A DNA stretch of 64,000 bases, from the IMG/VR virus record IMGVR_UViG_3300028394_000079; one strand, 5' to 3'. A program made the translations under genes and the position numbers. The notes beneath the pieces are model-generated. The model worked only from the letters and a program-made list of their open reading frames with translations. It did no database searches and had not been told where the DNA came from. The stretch comes from an uncultured virus (IMG/VR IMGVR_UViG_3300028394_000079) (taxonomy: Duplodnaviria; Heunggongvirae; Uroviricota; Caudoviricetes). Numbering within the stretch: the first letter of the stretch is position 1; each line of letters starts with the position of its first letter. Below, piece by piece: positions 28,452 through 37,640 of the stretch.

Positions 28452-28675
28452 TGGTCAAGGCCATCACTCAATCAGATCCTACGTTCCTTAAGACAGTCTA
28501 CAAGCATGACTCACTGGTTGACCTAGTCAACCATGAGCGGTTCGTTGACATTGGGGAAAGGTACATTGTCTACAACCAAAAAATGTGGCGTGTCTACAAG
28601 ATGGGTAAGGATAGAAACCCACGGCTCTGTGGGTACTTCACGAACCTACACCTCGCAGTCGCCAACGCAAATTAA
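28451..28675 (+). CDS. Hypothetical protein
   Basis: 74 aa, TGATG coupling, ends before the terminator. Confidence 0.55.
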   Translation: MVKAITQSDPTFLKTVYKHDSLVDLVNHERFVDIGERYIVYNQKMWRVYKMGKDRNPRLCGYFTNLHLAVANAN

Positions 28676-28683
28676 AAGGAAAG

Positions 28684-28712
28684 AAAAAGGAAGCTTCGGC
28701 TTCCTTTTTTTT
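28684..28712. terminator. Bidirectional intrinsic terminator
   Basis: AAAAA-GGAAGC-TTCG-GCTTCC-T8 between convergent units. Confidence 0.9.
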
Positions 28713-28831
28713 GGTCTGCTGTGGTGCGTTTAAACATATTCCTGCTGTCCTGAATTGCCTGCTGTGGCGTTTAAACGGGTCTGCTGGATATAAACTTTTT
28801 TATGCTGGGGTAAATTTTTTTACCTTGCTGG

Positions 28832-29209
28832 TTACAGTTTAAACGTAAAAGTTATAAACGCTGGGGTTCTTTCCCCAACATACGCCCCAAGAATATTAAA
28901 CTCAAAATATTCATACGCTTCGTCCTCGCTCATTGAGCGGCTCAGGATCTCCACAATCTTTGTTGCGTCATACGCAACCACAGTTTCATTGCCTATCCGC
29001 TGACAAACCCCAATGATTGCATCATCAAACTCCTCCTCGCTTAGGAAAAGAAGGTCAGCCTCCCACTGAAGCGCTAACTCAAGCCGCTTGTTTAAACGTG
29101 TGGGTAGCTCGTGTGATGAGCTATCTGTTGAGCTTACATCGTTTAAACGGCCTGAGCTATCAAGCTCGTCCGATGAGCTACCTGTTGGGTTGTTTAAATC
29201 AGAATGCAT
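28832..29209 (-). CDS. Conserved small phage protein with repeat-derived N-terminus
   Basis: C-terminal FDDAIIG...VAYD...EYFEFNILGAYVGERTP motif; start uncertain. Confidence 0.7.
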   Translation of the reverse strand: MHSDLNNPTGSSSDELDSSGRLNDVSSTDSSSHELPTRLNKRLELALQWEADLLFLSEEEFDDAIIGVCQRIGNETVVAYDATKIVEILSRSMSEDEAYEYFEFNILGAYVGERTPAFITFTFKL

Positions 29210-30881
29210 CTAGGTTCTCCGAGTAAGTGCCTGAGGTTTTGTTGTAAAGCATTGATGTCTCGCCTTGTGTGCCGACCCAACGATACCGACATTTCCACAC
29301 TGCAATCTCAACATGGTGATCCCTCCTGTGGACTGTCACCCCGCAATCGGTCTTCGCCCACCAAGCCATTGACCCCGCTATCGACATGCCATCGGGACGG
29401 GGTTGCTCAGTGCCTTGACGGGTGATCTTAGACGGGTGAGCAACGAACCATGTATGGACATCGTGGGACTTACAGAACTTCTGTACCCTCGTCAGCATGT
29501 CGCTGATGGCCGCAGTCTCTGTACCCTCTGACCTTGGCAGTTCAATGTAGTTGTAGGGGTCAATGACCAACCCCCGTACACCCATCCTCTTGACCGCTAC
29601 CCGTGCCCGTTCAAGTATTGAATCCAGTGTGCTTGGTTCTTCACCGTTTGTATCGATGAATAAGAAATGATCCTTAACGAATTTAAACGCATTGTCCCGC
29701 TCCTGCTCGGTCATCCTGTCCCGACCTTCAAAGAATCTGCGCTTGGTATAGATCTCCATTAACCTACTGATGTGAACCTCAGGTTGATTCTCAAACGAAC
29801 AGACAGCAAACTTCCAATCATGGGCACGGGCTAGGTTGACCATGATCTGATCCACAAAGTTGGACTTACCCGAGGACGGGTAACCTGTGACCACAGTCAA
29901 CTGACTCGGTGCTACTGTATAGATCTCATCGACCGACTGATACCCTGTTGAGAATCCCTTCCCCGTTCCCTTCGAGTAAAGATCGTTTAAACGGTCAAAG
30001 AATATCCCAGCATCGCTGATTCCCGAGATCGGGTACGCCACTGCACCATCGACCACCGCTTGGACTGCCCCTGTCCGAGACGGGTCATCTAGGTGTACCT
30101 CGTTTAAATCCTTCTTGGCAAACTTAGCCAGCCTACATTTTTCTTTTCCAATTCTTCTAGCCAACTCTTCGGCTAAGGCTTGCCCCGCAGTATCCTGATC
30201 TGTGGCTAGGACTACATAAGGGGCGGCATCGAATACCTCACGGGCATTCCATACATACGCAAATCTTTTATCTTCTGACGGAAGTACCTTCCCGTCTGCC
30301 ACCTTGATGGGTGCTCCACTTGGAACGCTGACCACGTTGTTGATGCCTAACTCCATTAGGGTTAGGCAATCTATCTCACCCTCTACGATGATGATGGGTT
30401 CACCCTTGACGACCTGATCGATACCAAAGAAATCATGTGCACCTCCTGAGTCTTGGGTAAAGTCTTTCTCAGGGAATGATCGGTACTTGGCGGCTACCAG
30501 TGCACCCTGCCGGTAATAAGGAAAGCCTATGGCATCTGCGGTCTTGCCTAGCTTGCCAAAGAACTTCTCTGCGGCAAACAGTTTCATCTTGTCTGCTGTC
30601 TGTTGGGATATCCCTCGTTGCTCTAGCCATGCGTAGTGGGGAGGTTGTAGTTTGTTGGAAACAATGATGGGGTTGGGTACGGCTGACAATTTTCTCTCCT
30701 GTTGTGGTTGGACTGAGCCGCTTGTTTGGCAGTGATGACAGTGATAGACCACTGCCCCGTCATCTTTACGGGTCAGGGTCATATCTTTCTGATTGGATTT
30801 TCTACGCTCGGTAGAACAATACGGGCAAGCTACCCGAGTAGATTCGTTGAAGTAAGTATCAGCTACTAATGCGTCGATCAT
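29199..30881 (-). CDS. DNA primase-helicase (T7 gp4/Twinkle-like)
   Basis: CPYC...CHHC zinc finger, TOPRIM EGEID/DQD, GYPSSGKS Walker A, VIDPY and VAHP. Confidence 0.92.
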   Translation of the reverse strand: MIDALVADTYFNESTRVACPYCSTERRKSNQKDMTLTRKDDGAVVYHCHHCQTSGSVQPQQERKLSAVPNPIIVSNKLQPPHYAWLEQRGISQQTADKMKLFAAEKFFGKLGKTADAIGFPYYRQGALVAAKYRSFPEKDFTQDSGGAHDFFGIDQVVKGEPIIIVEGEIDCLTLMELGINNVVSVPSGAPIKVADGKVLPSEDKRFAYVWNAREVFDAAPYVVLATDQDTAGQALAEELARRIGKEKCRLAKFAKKDLNEVHLDDPSRTGAVQAVVDGAVAYPISGISDAGIFFDRLNDLYSKGTGKGFSTGYQSVDEIYTVAPSQLTVVTGYPSSGKSNFVDQIMVNLARAHDWKFAVCSFENQPEVHISRLMEIYTKRRFFEGRDRMTEQERDNAFKFVKDHFLFIDTNGEEPSTLDSILERARVAVKRMGVRGLVIDPYNYIELPRSEGTETAAISDMLTRVQKFCKSHDVHTWFVAHPSKITRQGTEQPRPDGMSIAGSMAWWAKTDCGVTVHRRDHHVEIAVWKCRYRWVGTQGETSMLYNKTSGTYSENLDAF

Positions 30882-31167
30882 GGTATGGCCTGTTAAAACT
30901 TTGAGCCGTCCATTTATCCGCAATACGTAAATAGATGTTGATTAATGTGTTGTCTTCAAAAACTTGAACTTGTTCAACATCAGGGCTAATCCGTTTGGCA
31001 AAACAAATTGCACCAGTCATGTTTGTGCAATTTGAATAAGGCAAATAAAAATTAGCCACTTTAGTTTCAAAATCGTAAGTTACTCGGCTTATGTTGCACT
31101 GCAATAACTTTGTAACGCTAAAAGATTTTTTACCAACTGACCATTGCTTTATGTATGAATCAATCAT
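30859..31167 (-). CDS. AT-rich hypothetical protein
   Basis: 102 aa, ATGA-coupled to the upstream gene. Confidence 0.55.
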   Translation of the reverse strand: MIDSYIKQWSVGKKSFSVTKLLQCNISRVTYDFETKVANFYLPYSNCTNMTGAICFAKRISPDVEQVQVFEDNTLINIYLRIADKWTAQSFNRPYHDRRISS

Positions 31168-31403
31168 TTCATGCTCCCATCTGACTTGCGTTTAAACGAG
31201 CGGTTCTTGCTGGGAGCTTCTAATCGCACACCATCTGCGTTTGATCCACCTTTAGACAAAGCCTTGACATGGGCTACGTCCTTACCTTGACGGGTCACAC
31301 CCTTGGCATCAAGCTTACGCCTAGCCCTTTGACGTTCCATGCGGTTCTCATGTTCGCCCCGTGCTACTTGAGTTTTAAACTCTTGTTTATAGTCTCTCTT
31401 CAT
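31164..31403 (-). CDS. Small HNH-like basic protein
   Basis: GKDVAHVKALSKGGSN...NRS. Confidence 0.65.
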   Translation of the reverse strand: MKRDYKQEFKTQVARGEHENRMERQRARRKLDAKGVTRQGKDVAHVKALSKGGSNADGVRLEAPSKNRSFKRKSDGSMK

Positions 31404-31716
31404 CTTTACCCCCTAGGATGTAGACGCTTTGATTGCGTCCTGATAGTTTGGATCTGCGCTCTCCGATCTTAACGATTTGCCCTGATCTTCTCAATGGGGC
31501 AAACCTAGGTTGGATGCTATGAACTCTTCGGTGTGGGAGATGGGCAACCACCTCATCGTAGATTGCCCCGTCAGGATATTTAGATATAGCCCACATAACT
31601 TCTGACTCTACATGTCCAATGTTTAAATACACTGCGGCTGAGTGGCTGGTGTTGGGATCTGTGCTACGTGATTTGGGATCATGAGGCTCGGGGAATAGGT
31701 CAAACTGATCGTTCAT
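31387..31716 (-). CDS. Winged-HTH protein
   Basis: RSTDPNTSHSAA...PRFAPL...SGRNQ motifs; GGAGG SD. Confidence 0.65.
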   Translation of the reverse strand: MNDQFDLFPEPHDPKSRSTDPNTSHSAAVYLNIGHVESEVMWAISKYPDGAIYDEVVAHLPHRRVHSIQPRFAPLRRSGQIVKIGERRSKLSGRNQSVYILGGKDEERL

Positions 31717-31943
31717 ATTGCCCTCCATTCCCGCTCGGGTCTGCCTGAGTCAGACTTAACTGTGAAGCCAGTTAGTTCTATGCAGTTCATCCTTTGCAAA
31801 AGAGGCAGTGCCCTTGAGCATTGGTTGACATCTAAGCCTGTTCTTCTGCCTATGCCGTCCTTGCCCAGTGGGCCGTTCAGCTTGAGACACGTATAAATAA
31901 TTGCATGATGCCCTGTTAGTTCGGGCGTTTCTTTATTGATCAT
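31713..31943 (-). CDS. Winged-HTH protein
   Basis: GPLGKDGIGRRTGL...SGRPEREW. Confidence 0.65.
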   Translation of the reverse strand: MINKETPELTGHHAIIYTCLKLNGPLGKDGIGRRTGLDVNQCSRALPLLQRMNCIELTGFTVKSDSGRPEREWRAI

Positions 31944-31961
31944 TCTCTTACTCCATTTGTT

Positions 31962-32165
31962 TTAAAGTTCTAGTTCGATTTGCTCCGGAGGTGTGTAGTT
32001 TTCAATAGGTATACCTTTCGTTAGTTGGTTAATTAAATCTTCCTGTGTCGCTACCCTAACTGTCAAGAGAGTTAACGATACATGCGCTATCGCTTGTCTG
32101 CGATTGGATGCCCTGATCAGTCTGACCTGATCCCCCATCCCGACTGTGTAAACACGTTGCTTCAT
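31962..32165 (-). CDS. Small protein (RLIRASN..QA..HV...RVATQEDL)
   Basis: GGAGG SD before MKQRVY. Confidence 0.65.
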   Translation of the reverse strand: MKQRVYTVGMGDQVRLIRASNRRQAIAHVSLTLLTVRVATQEDLINQLTKGIPIENYTPPEQIELEL

Positions 32166-32299
32166 CTGTACCTCCAAATATTTCATATCGACCGCAGGCT
32201 TTGCAACTCCAAGATTCACGGCCTCTGGTCAGTTGTCCTTGCAGGACATTTCCCCCACACTGGCATAGTCTCATGTCATCTCCTAGTAAGCCTGTATAT

Positions 32300-32630
32300 T
32301 CCCTTTGGTGATTGTTTGAGCAATACGTAGCCTTACCGTACTCAAAAGTAAGGTTCGCTTTCGTGTATTCCCTTCGGAGCCATGCCGTCGCATCACGTTG
32401 AACAGACTTCAGGACGTAAGTCCCACCGCACTGGCTCTATTCTTTGCCCACCATCCCTGCTATGTGCTTGCTCGTGTGACAGGGTATTTAACAGGCAACC
32501 ACCGACGGAACCGCATTGCCTGCGAGTTGGTGTAGAAATTAAAAAAGCCACTTACAACTGCCCCGTCGTAGTTCCCCATAACGGGGCGAGGCATGTGTAA
32601 ATGGCTTTCCGTGTTGACTACGACGACAAC
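32300..32630 (-). ncRNA. Putative structured non-coding leader RNA
   Basis: At least eight complementary stem pairs in about 300 nt, downstream of a consensus promoter. Confidence 0.45.
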
Positions 32631-32636
32631 GATTGA

Positions 32637-32667
32637 ATTATAAGCACATCTTTTCAGGTTGTGTCAA
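32637..32667 (-). promoter_or_regulatory. Sigma70-type promoter
   Basis: Perfect TTGACA and TATAAT with a long 19-nt spacer. Confidence 0.5.
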
Positions 32668-32961
32668 GCAGTATCAAAAAAAAGACAAAAAATAATTTAG
32701 CGATGGCTAACCCAAATTCTGCCTTGCGCCGGGAATGCGCTATACGTTTAAACGTTACCGCCGGGTTGTTTAATGCAGGGGCCAAAAATTAGGCTGGGTT
32801 TTGTTAGTTACTCAGTAACCTATTGATTTTGTTGAGTTTATTAGTTTTGTATTATGAAACGAGTAAAAATAAAATTATTTGACCCCGCCTGCGTTATTGG
32901 TTTAAACTAACCCTCGACAGACTACTTTGCAGTTGCCTGTCCATTCTCTCTCCTGTTGGAG

Positions 32962-33432
32962 TTAGCCCTTCTGAGTACGCTTGGAGGGGCTTTTTTTTGG
33001 GTGCACCTCAGGGGTTTGCTCAATGATCATCTCTGTACGGGGCAACTCAGGGTCGAGATGCCAGTAGGTATGCCTCTCCTTAACCTGACGGTCGTTCACA
33101 TAAATCAATCCCTGAAGCAAGTCTAGGATCAGGCTCTCATCTAAGTCGGGTCGTCTTGATGCGTAGTAGATATGCATGGTGATCCTTAGATCACCCGTCA
33201 TCAGCACGGCCAATGGTTTGCACTGTTGTCTAAATACATCAGAGTAGCTTAATGCTTTCTTAGACTTAATCAGCCTAGACATACCACCGTAGTGTACAAC
33301 TCTACGAGAATTTGCTTTGGAAGCTGGCTCACCAAAAATAATTTGTGACAGTACTTGCAATTCTTTTATAACATCGCTATCATTGTGTTTTGTACTCATG
33401 ACAACCTTTGGAGAAGAGATGAAGATAACCAA
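32962..33432 (-). CDS. RusA-like Holliday junction resolvase
   Basis: GEPASKAN, RRPDLD...LDLLQ...NDRQV; true start probably further downstream. Confidence 0.8.
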   Translation of the reverse strand: MVIFISSPKVVMSTKHNDSDVIKELQVLSQIIFGEPASKANSRRVVHYGGMSRLIKSKKALSYSDVFRQQCKPLAVLMTGDLRITMHIYYASRRPDLDESLILDLLQGLIYVNDRQVKERHTYWHLDPELPRTEMIIEQTPEVHPKKSPSKRTQKG

Positions 33433-34297
33433 CGATCAGAAGCTACCCGCACCGTTAGTGGCTTTGCTCTCTAGGAACTACTACAGTAAAGGTGCATCAC
33501 AGTATAGCGTAACTGAGTTAATGTCACCACCAAAAATTAGAAGGTTACGCGAACAGTATGACGCAGACATGGAGGTTGATGTTACCAAGATGATTGCGTC
33601 CCAACTTGGGACTTTCATGCACGGCAAGCTTGAGGCAAAGGAAGTTGAGGGTTATATCAATGAGGAACGCATCTTTACTGAGATTGATGGCGTGGTGATC
33701 AGCGGTGCAATTGACCTCCAACAACAAGTAGATGGAGGCGTTGTCATCATCGATTACAAGTTTGTTAAGGCGTGGTCAGTCATGCAAGCCTTGGCAAACA
33801 ACAAGGATGACTGGGTTACTCAATTGAATATTTACAAGTGGTTGGTAGAGACTGTCAAGGGTACGCCTGTGGTAGGCCTACAGATCTGTGCCATTGTCAA
33901 AGATTACACGCCCCATTCTGCTCAGGAAAACTACCCTGAGGCAGAGGCGGTGATGATTGACATCCCAATGTGGAAGTCAGTTACGACCGAGACTTACGTC
34001 AGGGATCGTTTAAACATGCACCGTAATGCCAAGGTGCAACATGAATTCGGGGAGGACTTACAGCCCTGTACCGATGACGAAAGGTGGGTGAGCGAAACCA
34101 CTTATGCAGTGAAGAGAGAGGGTCGCAAGACTGCGATCCGTGTACTTAAAACAATAGATGAAGCCACAGAGTTGGCAGAAAAGGAAAAAGGATATGTCGA
34201 AACAAGAAAAGGCGAACCCAAGCGATGCACAGGAGACTTCTGTGGTGTCAGCAAGTGGTGCAGTCAATATCAAGGAGAACTCAATGTCTCCGCATGA
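33419..34297 (+). CDS. PD-(D/E)xK (Cas4/RecB-like) exonuclease
   Basis: GTFMH, E..GAID, IIDYK, QLNIY and terminal C...C...C. Confidence 0.85.
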   Translation: MKITNDQKLPAPLVALLSRNYYSKGASQYSVTELMSPPKIRRLREQYDADMEVDVTKMIASQLGTFMHGKLEAKEVEGYINEERIFTEIDGVVISGAIDLQQQVDGGVVIIDYKFVKAWSVMQALANNKDDWVTQLNIYKWLVETVKGTPVVGLQICAIVKDYTPHSAQENYPEAEAVMIDIPMWKSVTTETYVRDRLNMHRNAKVQHEFGEDLQPCTDDERWVSETTYAVKREGRKTAIRVLKTIDEATELAEKEKGYVETRKGEPKRCTGDFCGVSKWCSQYQGELNVSA

Positions 34298-35015
34298 TTT
34301 ACTCAAGATCAACGTCAATGATCACACCGAGAAGAAGAACGGCCTAACGTACCTCTCATGGGCGTTTGCGTGGGCTGAAGCCCTTAAGGCTGACCCTGCC
34401 GCTACATTTAATGTACATACATTTAATCGGGATCAGTACTCCCCAATGCCCTATATGGATGTCAATGGCACAGGCTTGGTGTGGGTCACTGTCACCATGT
34501 TTGGCAAGCCAATGACCTGTATGTTGCCCGTCATGGACTACAAGAATAAACCCATCCTTAACCCTGATGCGTTTGCCGTCAATACAGCGATTATGAGGTG
34601 CATGACCAAAGCCCTTGCGCTTCATGGTTTGGGCATTTATATCTATGCGGGTTCCGACTTACCGGAGGATGATGGGAAAACGGCTTATACGCCACAGGCA
34701 ACGGCTCCAATGGGGGAACTAACCCGCAAGGAAGATGCGCCTAAGTACGAGAAGATTGTGGCTAAGGTTGCCCCAAAGGTTTTGGTCAAAGCACAACCCA
34801 CCGAATGGGATCCATCGGACGAAAGCCGCAAGCTGTTTACCGAAGGAATGATTGAGTGGACATCCGACTGCACCAGCGTAGCAGGTTTAAACAGCTACTG
34901 GAAGAGCAATGAGCTTCAGCTTGACTCGCTGAAGGCAACGCACCCTCCCCTTTACGAGGAGGTTTTATCCCGCTTCAAGACCTTGAAGCTTCAACTAACT
35001 GAGGAAAAGAAATGA
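34284..35015 (+). CDS. Sak3/DUF1071-like single-strand annealing protein
   Basis: LTYLSWAFAW, LPVMD, RCMTKALALHGLG.YIYAG; AAGGAG SD. Confidence 0.85.
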   Translation: MSPHDLLKINVNDHTEKKNGLTYLSWAFAWAEALKADPAATFNVHTFNRDQYSPMPYMDVNGTGLVWVTVTMFGKPMTCMLPVMDYKNKPILNPDAFAVNTAIMRCMTKALALHGLGIYIYAGSDLPEDDGKTAYTPQATAPMGELTRKEDAPKYEKIVAKVAPKVLVKAQPTEWDPSDESRKLFTEGMIEWTSDCTSVAGLNSYWKSNELQLDSLKATHPPLYEEVLSRFKTLKLQLTEEKK

Positions 35016-35338
35016 GTACCTACCAAAAGAAAGCATATAGCAAGCCCTTTGAGGAGCGACCTGACTCCGGTAATCTTCATGCCAGTCAGATTAAGAAGAC
35101 GGCTGAATCCCCCGATTACTGGGGAACGATTGCCATCAATCTTAAAGACTTGACCAACATAAAGACTGAGAACGGTTTGACCGTGATTAAGTTATCCGGA
35201 TGGAAACGTGTCAGCGAAACCAACGGCAAGACTTACTTGTCATTGGCAGTCAACCGTTGGGTTCCTGAGGAACAGGCCGGAACCCGTCAAGAGAACCAAG
35301 CGCAGAGTCATCCTGACGACAGTGATGTGCCATTCTAG
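35012..35338 (+). CDS. Putative ssDNA-binding protein
   Basis: PDYWG...LSGW...YLSL with acidic tail DDSDVPF; follows the annealase. Confidence 0.6.
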   Translation: MSTYQKKAYSKPFEERPDSGNLHASQIKKTAESPDYWGTIAINLKDLTNIKTENGLTVIKLSGWKRVSETNGKTYLSLAVNRWVPEEQAGTRQENQAQSHPDDSDVPF

Positions 35339-35376
35339 AATGGTATACTTAAGGCATACCGTTTTAAGGAGTAATC

Positions 35377-35850
35377 GTGAAAGTATGTCGAGAGTGCCGT
35401 GTAGAGAAGCCTTTAAGTGATTTTTACAAACATGCCGCGATGGGTGATGGGCATTTAAACAAATGCAAACCGTGCGTCAAAAGCAGAGTTAATAAACACC
35501 GAGAGGTTAATTTGGAAACGATACGTGAATATGACAAGAGGCGGTCTAACAAACCGCATCGTGTTAAAGCACGTAAAGATTACCAACAAACAGAAGCTGG
35601 AAAACTTGCAAAGAAAAAAGCTATGGATGCGTATAACAAACGTTACCCAATGGCATACGCCACTCATGTTATTGCAGGCAATGCAATACGTGATGGGAAA
35701 CTTATCCCCGCAAGTAGTTGCTCAATCTGTGGATCTGTTGAAAAGATTGAGGGTCATCACGATGACTACACCAAGCCACTAGATGTACGGTGGTTATGTG
35801 AGCAATGCCACAAAGCGTGGCACAAAATTAACAAGCCAATTTATATTTGA
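35377..35850 (+). CDS. HNH endonuclease
   Basis: CREC...CKPC and CSIC...GHHDDY..PLDVRWLC..CH...H. Confidence 0.8.
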   Translation: MKVCRECRVEKPLSDFYKHAAMGDGHLNKCKPCVKSRVNKHREVNLETIREYDKRRSNKPHRVKARKDYQQTEAGKLAKKKAMDAYNKRYPMAYATHVIAGNAIRDGKLIPASSCSICGSVEKIEGHHDDYTKPLDVRWLCEQCHKAWHKINKPIYI

Positions 35851-35860
35851 GGAGAGAGAA

Positions 35861-36214
35861 ATGTTATCTAAAAAAATTCGTGCCTACAAATTAGCCAACC
35901 CTAAAGCTACGGCCAAAGAGATTGCCACCGAAGTTAAATGCAAACCCGCTTACGTGTATCAGGTTCTTCAAAACGGGGTAAAGAAGGAACCTAAGCCAAC
36001 CGAAGGCCAGCAGATACTGCGACAAGAGGTTACTCGTTTAAACGATGAGATCACGAAGTACAAGAACCTGACCACGTTCCAAGAAGAGAGGATTCGTTTC
36101 TTGGCAAACAAGGTAAAGGAATTGAGATTGCACCACGAAGGACTTGAGTACGTCATCTCTTACCTTGAGTCACGCCTTGGCATTGCGAGCAAAGATGATG
36201 GCGCTACAGTTTGA
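35861..36214 (+). CDS. HTH plus coiled-coil protein
   Basis: ATAKEIA...PAYVYQV; GAGGAG SD. Confidence 0.6.
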   Translation: MLSKKIRAYKLANPKATAKEIATEVKCKPAYVYQVLQNGVKKEPKPTEGQQILRQEVTRLNDEITKYKNLTTFQEERIRFLANKVKELRLHHEGLEYVISYLESRLGIASKDDGATV

Positions 36215-36590
36215 AGCCCGTAAAGTTGCGTTAAAGCAAGACCGCACAGGTTTTGTTTTAACCATTGCTATCCACCCTGACGAAGTTCCCGAGGAGTTAA
36301 TGCGGGACTTTGTGGGTGCGAGGTATGGTTGTGCTTTTGTCCGGATACAGGACGATGAGTCAGCAACCCCCTATGACAACCGTGTCAAAAAAGCAGGGAT
36401 GCTTTGCCGTGACCCTGACTTCCAAGAGTTCCTGATGTGTGACAACGAAACAGATGCCGCGCACATGTTGTGTAAACGCTGTGGGATTGACTCCCGGACG
36501 GAACTTCATGGAAAAGCAGACGCTAAATATAAGTTTGATTTGATACTCCATGAGTTTGAATCCATAAGGAAAACCGATGACCCCTTCTAA
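36195..36590 (+). CDS. Conserved hypothetical protein
   Basis: AGMLCRDPDFQEF...CGIDSRTEL. Confidence 0.65.
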   Translation: MMALQFEARKVALKQDRTGFVLTIAIHPDEVPEELMRDFVGARYGCAFVRIQDDESATPYDNRVKKAGMLCRDPDFQEFLMCDNETDAAHMLCKRCGIDSRTELHGKADAKYKFDLILHEFESIRKTDDPF

Positions 36591-36897
36591 AAAAGAAAAG
36601 CTTAAACCGTTTATGACGTATATAAACGATGCAGACTACGTGAAGCTACGTAAGTTTGCTAAGTCTAAGAAACTAACCATGGCTCAAGTTTTAAGAGAGG
36701 GATTGTCTATGAGGGTAGCGGTAGACAACCCTTACCTACGGGGCTTTAACGAGGGGCTAGACGCATCCATTAATATTATCAATGGTCACCATGCGGCACA
36801 GATGAGGTTCCCCTCGGGACAATCTTTTGCAGACTTGATGGCAGACGAAATCATGAAGCAACGACTCAGGAGCGACAATGAAAATATTAAAGGGTGA
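36577..36897 (+). CDS. Ribbon-helix-helix-like protein
   Basis: FMTYI...LRKFA...MAQVLREGL. Confidence 0.55.
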   Translation: MTPSKKEKLKPFMTYINDADYVKLRKFAKSKKLTMAQVLREGLSMRVAVDNPYLRGFNEGLDASINIINGHHAAQMRFPSGQSFADLMADEIMKQRLRSDNENIKG

Positions 36898-37108
36898 CAG
36901 GAACCAATGCAAAGGATGCATGGAATTCTTTAATAGCAATGGAGCATTTGAGAAACACCGCACCGGTCAGTATGGTGTAAACAGAAGATGCAGAACCCCA
37001 GAAGAAATGACTGCTCTGGGGTTCAGTGTAAACGCAAAGGGTTTCTGGATAACCAGCAAGCGTCCGGAGCATTTAAACCTAAGGGAGATTGAAGATGCTA
37101 ACAACTGA
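36878..37108 (+). CDS. Zinc-binding protein (CxxC...FxxHR)
   Basis: CKGC...AFEKHRTG...RRC. Confidence 0.7.
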   Translation: MKILKGDRNQCKGCMEFFNSNGAFEKHRTGQYGVNRRCRTPEEMTALGFSVNAKGFWITSKRPEHLNLREIEDANN

Positions 37109-37274
37109 ACAACTACGTCGCAAGGCAAGGCAGATCTACAACAACGACTTGGCTCCGGAACATACTAATCGCCATAACCAACGCAAGTGGGTTCGTGCAG
37201 TCCTAAGACTGGGTGATCATTGGCTGACCGCCAAACCATTAAGGAGACTTGATGCAACAGAAGGTAATACTTGA
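37095..37274 (+). CDS. Hypothetical protein
   Basis: NRHNQRKWVRAV..LGDHWL; GGAG SD. Confidence 0.6.
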   Translation: MLTTEQLRRKARQIYNNDLAPEHTNRHNQRKWVRAVLRLGDHWLTAKPLRRLDATEGNT

Positions 37275-37458
37275 GTTCACTTACCCTGACGATGAGGACA
37301 GTTTACTGTTCGCCATCAAGGGGCCGGAGATGTACAGGGCACTGACTAACATCAAGATGGCGGTGACGGGTAGCTTTCAAACGAAGGCTGATTTAAACGC
37401 AGTCCTTGATCGAGTACAAGATTTAACAGACCAAATATTTGAGGAGTTAGGAGAATGA
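37252..37458 (+). CDS. Hypothetical protein
   Basis: KVILEFTYPDD; AGGAG SD. Confidence 0.6.
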   Translation: MQQKVILEFTYPDDEDSLLFAIKGPEMYRALTNIKMAVTGSFQTKADLNAVLDRVQDLTDQIFEELGE

Positions 37459-37640
37459 CAAACGAGGAGAGAGAACTGGATTTGCTGGTGGGTAACTTGG
37501 AAATGGAAGTTAAGCGCCTGAGACACATTGAGAAAACAGCCAGTCTGGTCGTCAATGTTTTTAGTAACACAATGGATTATCACATTTGGGATCAAGCTAT
37601 GGATGCGCTAGAGGCCGCGCTGAAGGAGAAGAACACATGA
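37455..37640 (+). CDS. Hypothetical protein ending LKEKNT
   Basis: 61 aa, coupled. Confidence 0.6.
   Translation: MTNEERELDLLVGNLEMEVKRLRHIEKTASLVVNVFSNTMDYHIWDQAMDALEAALKEKNT

Noticed and set aside
33419..34297. Cas4 as part of a CRISPR system
   Set aside because: It sits in a standard nuclease/annealase/SSB recombination module.
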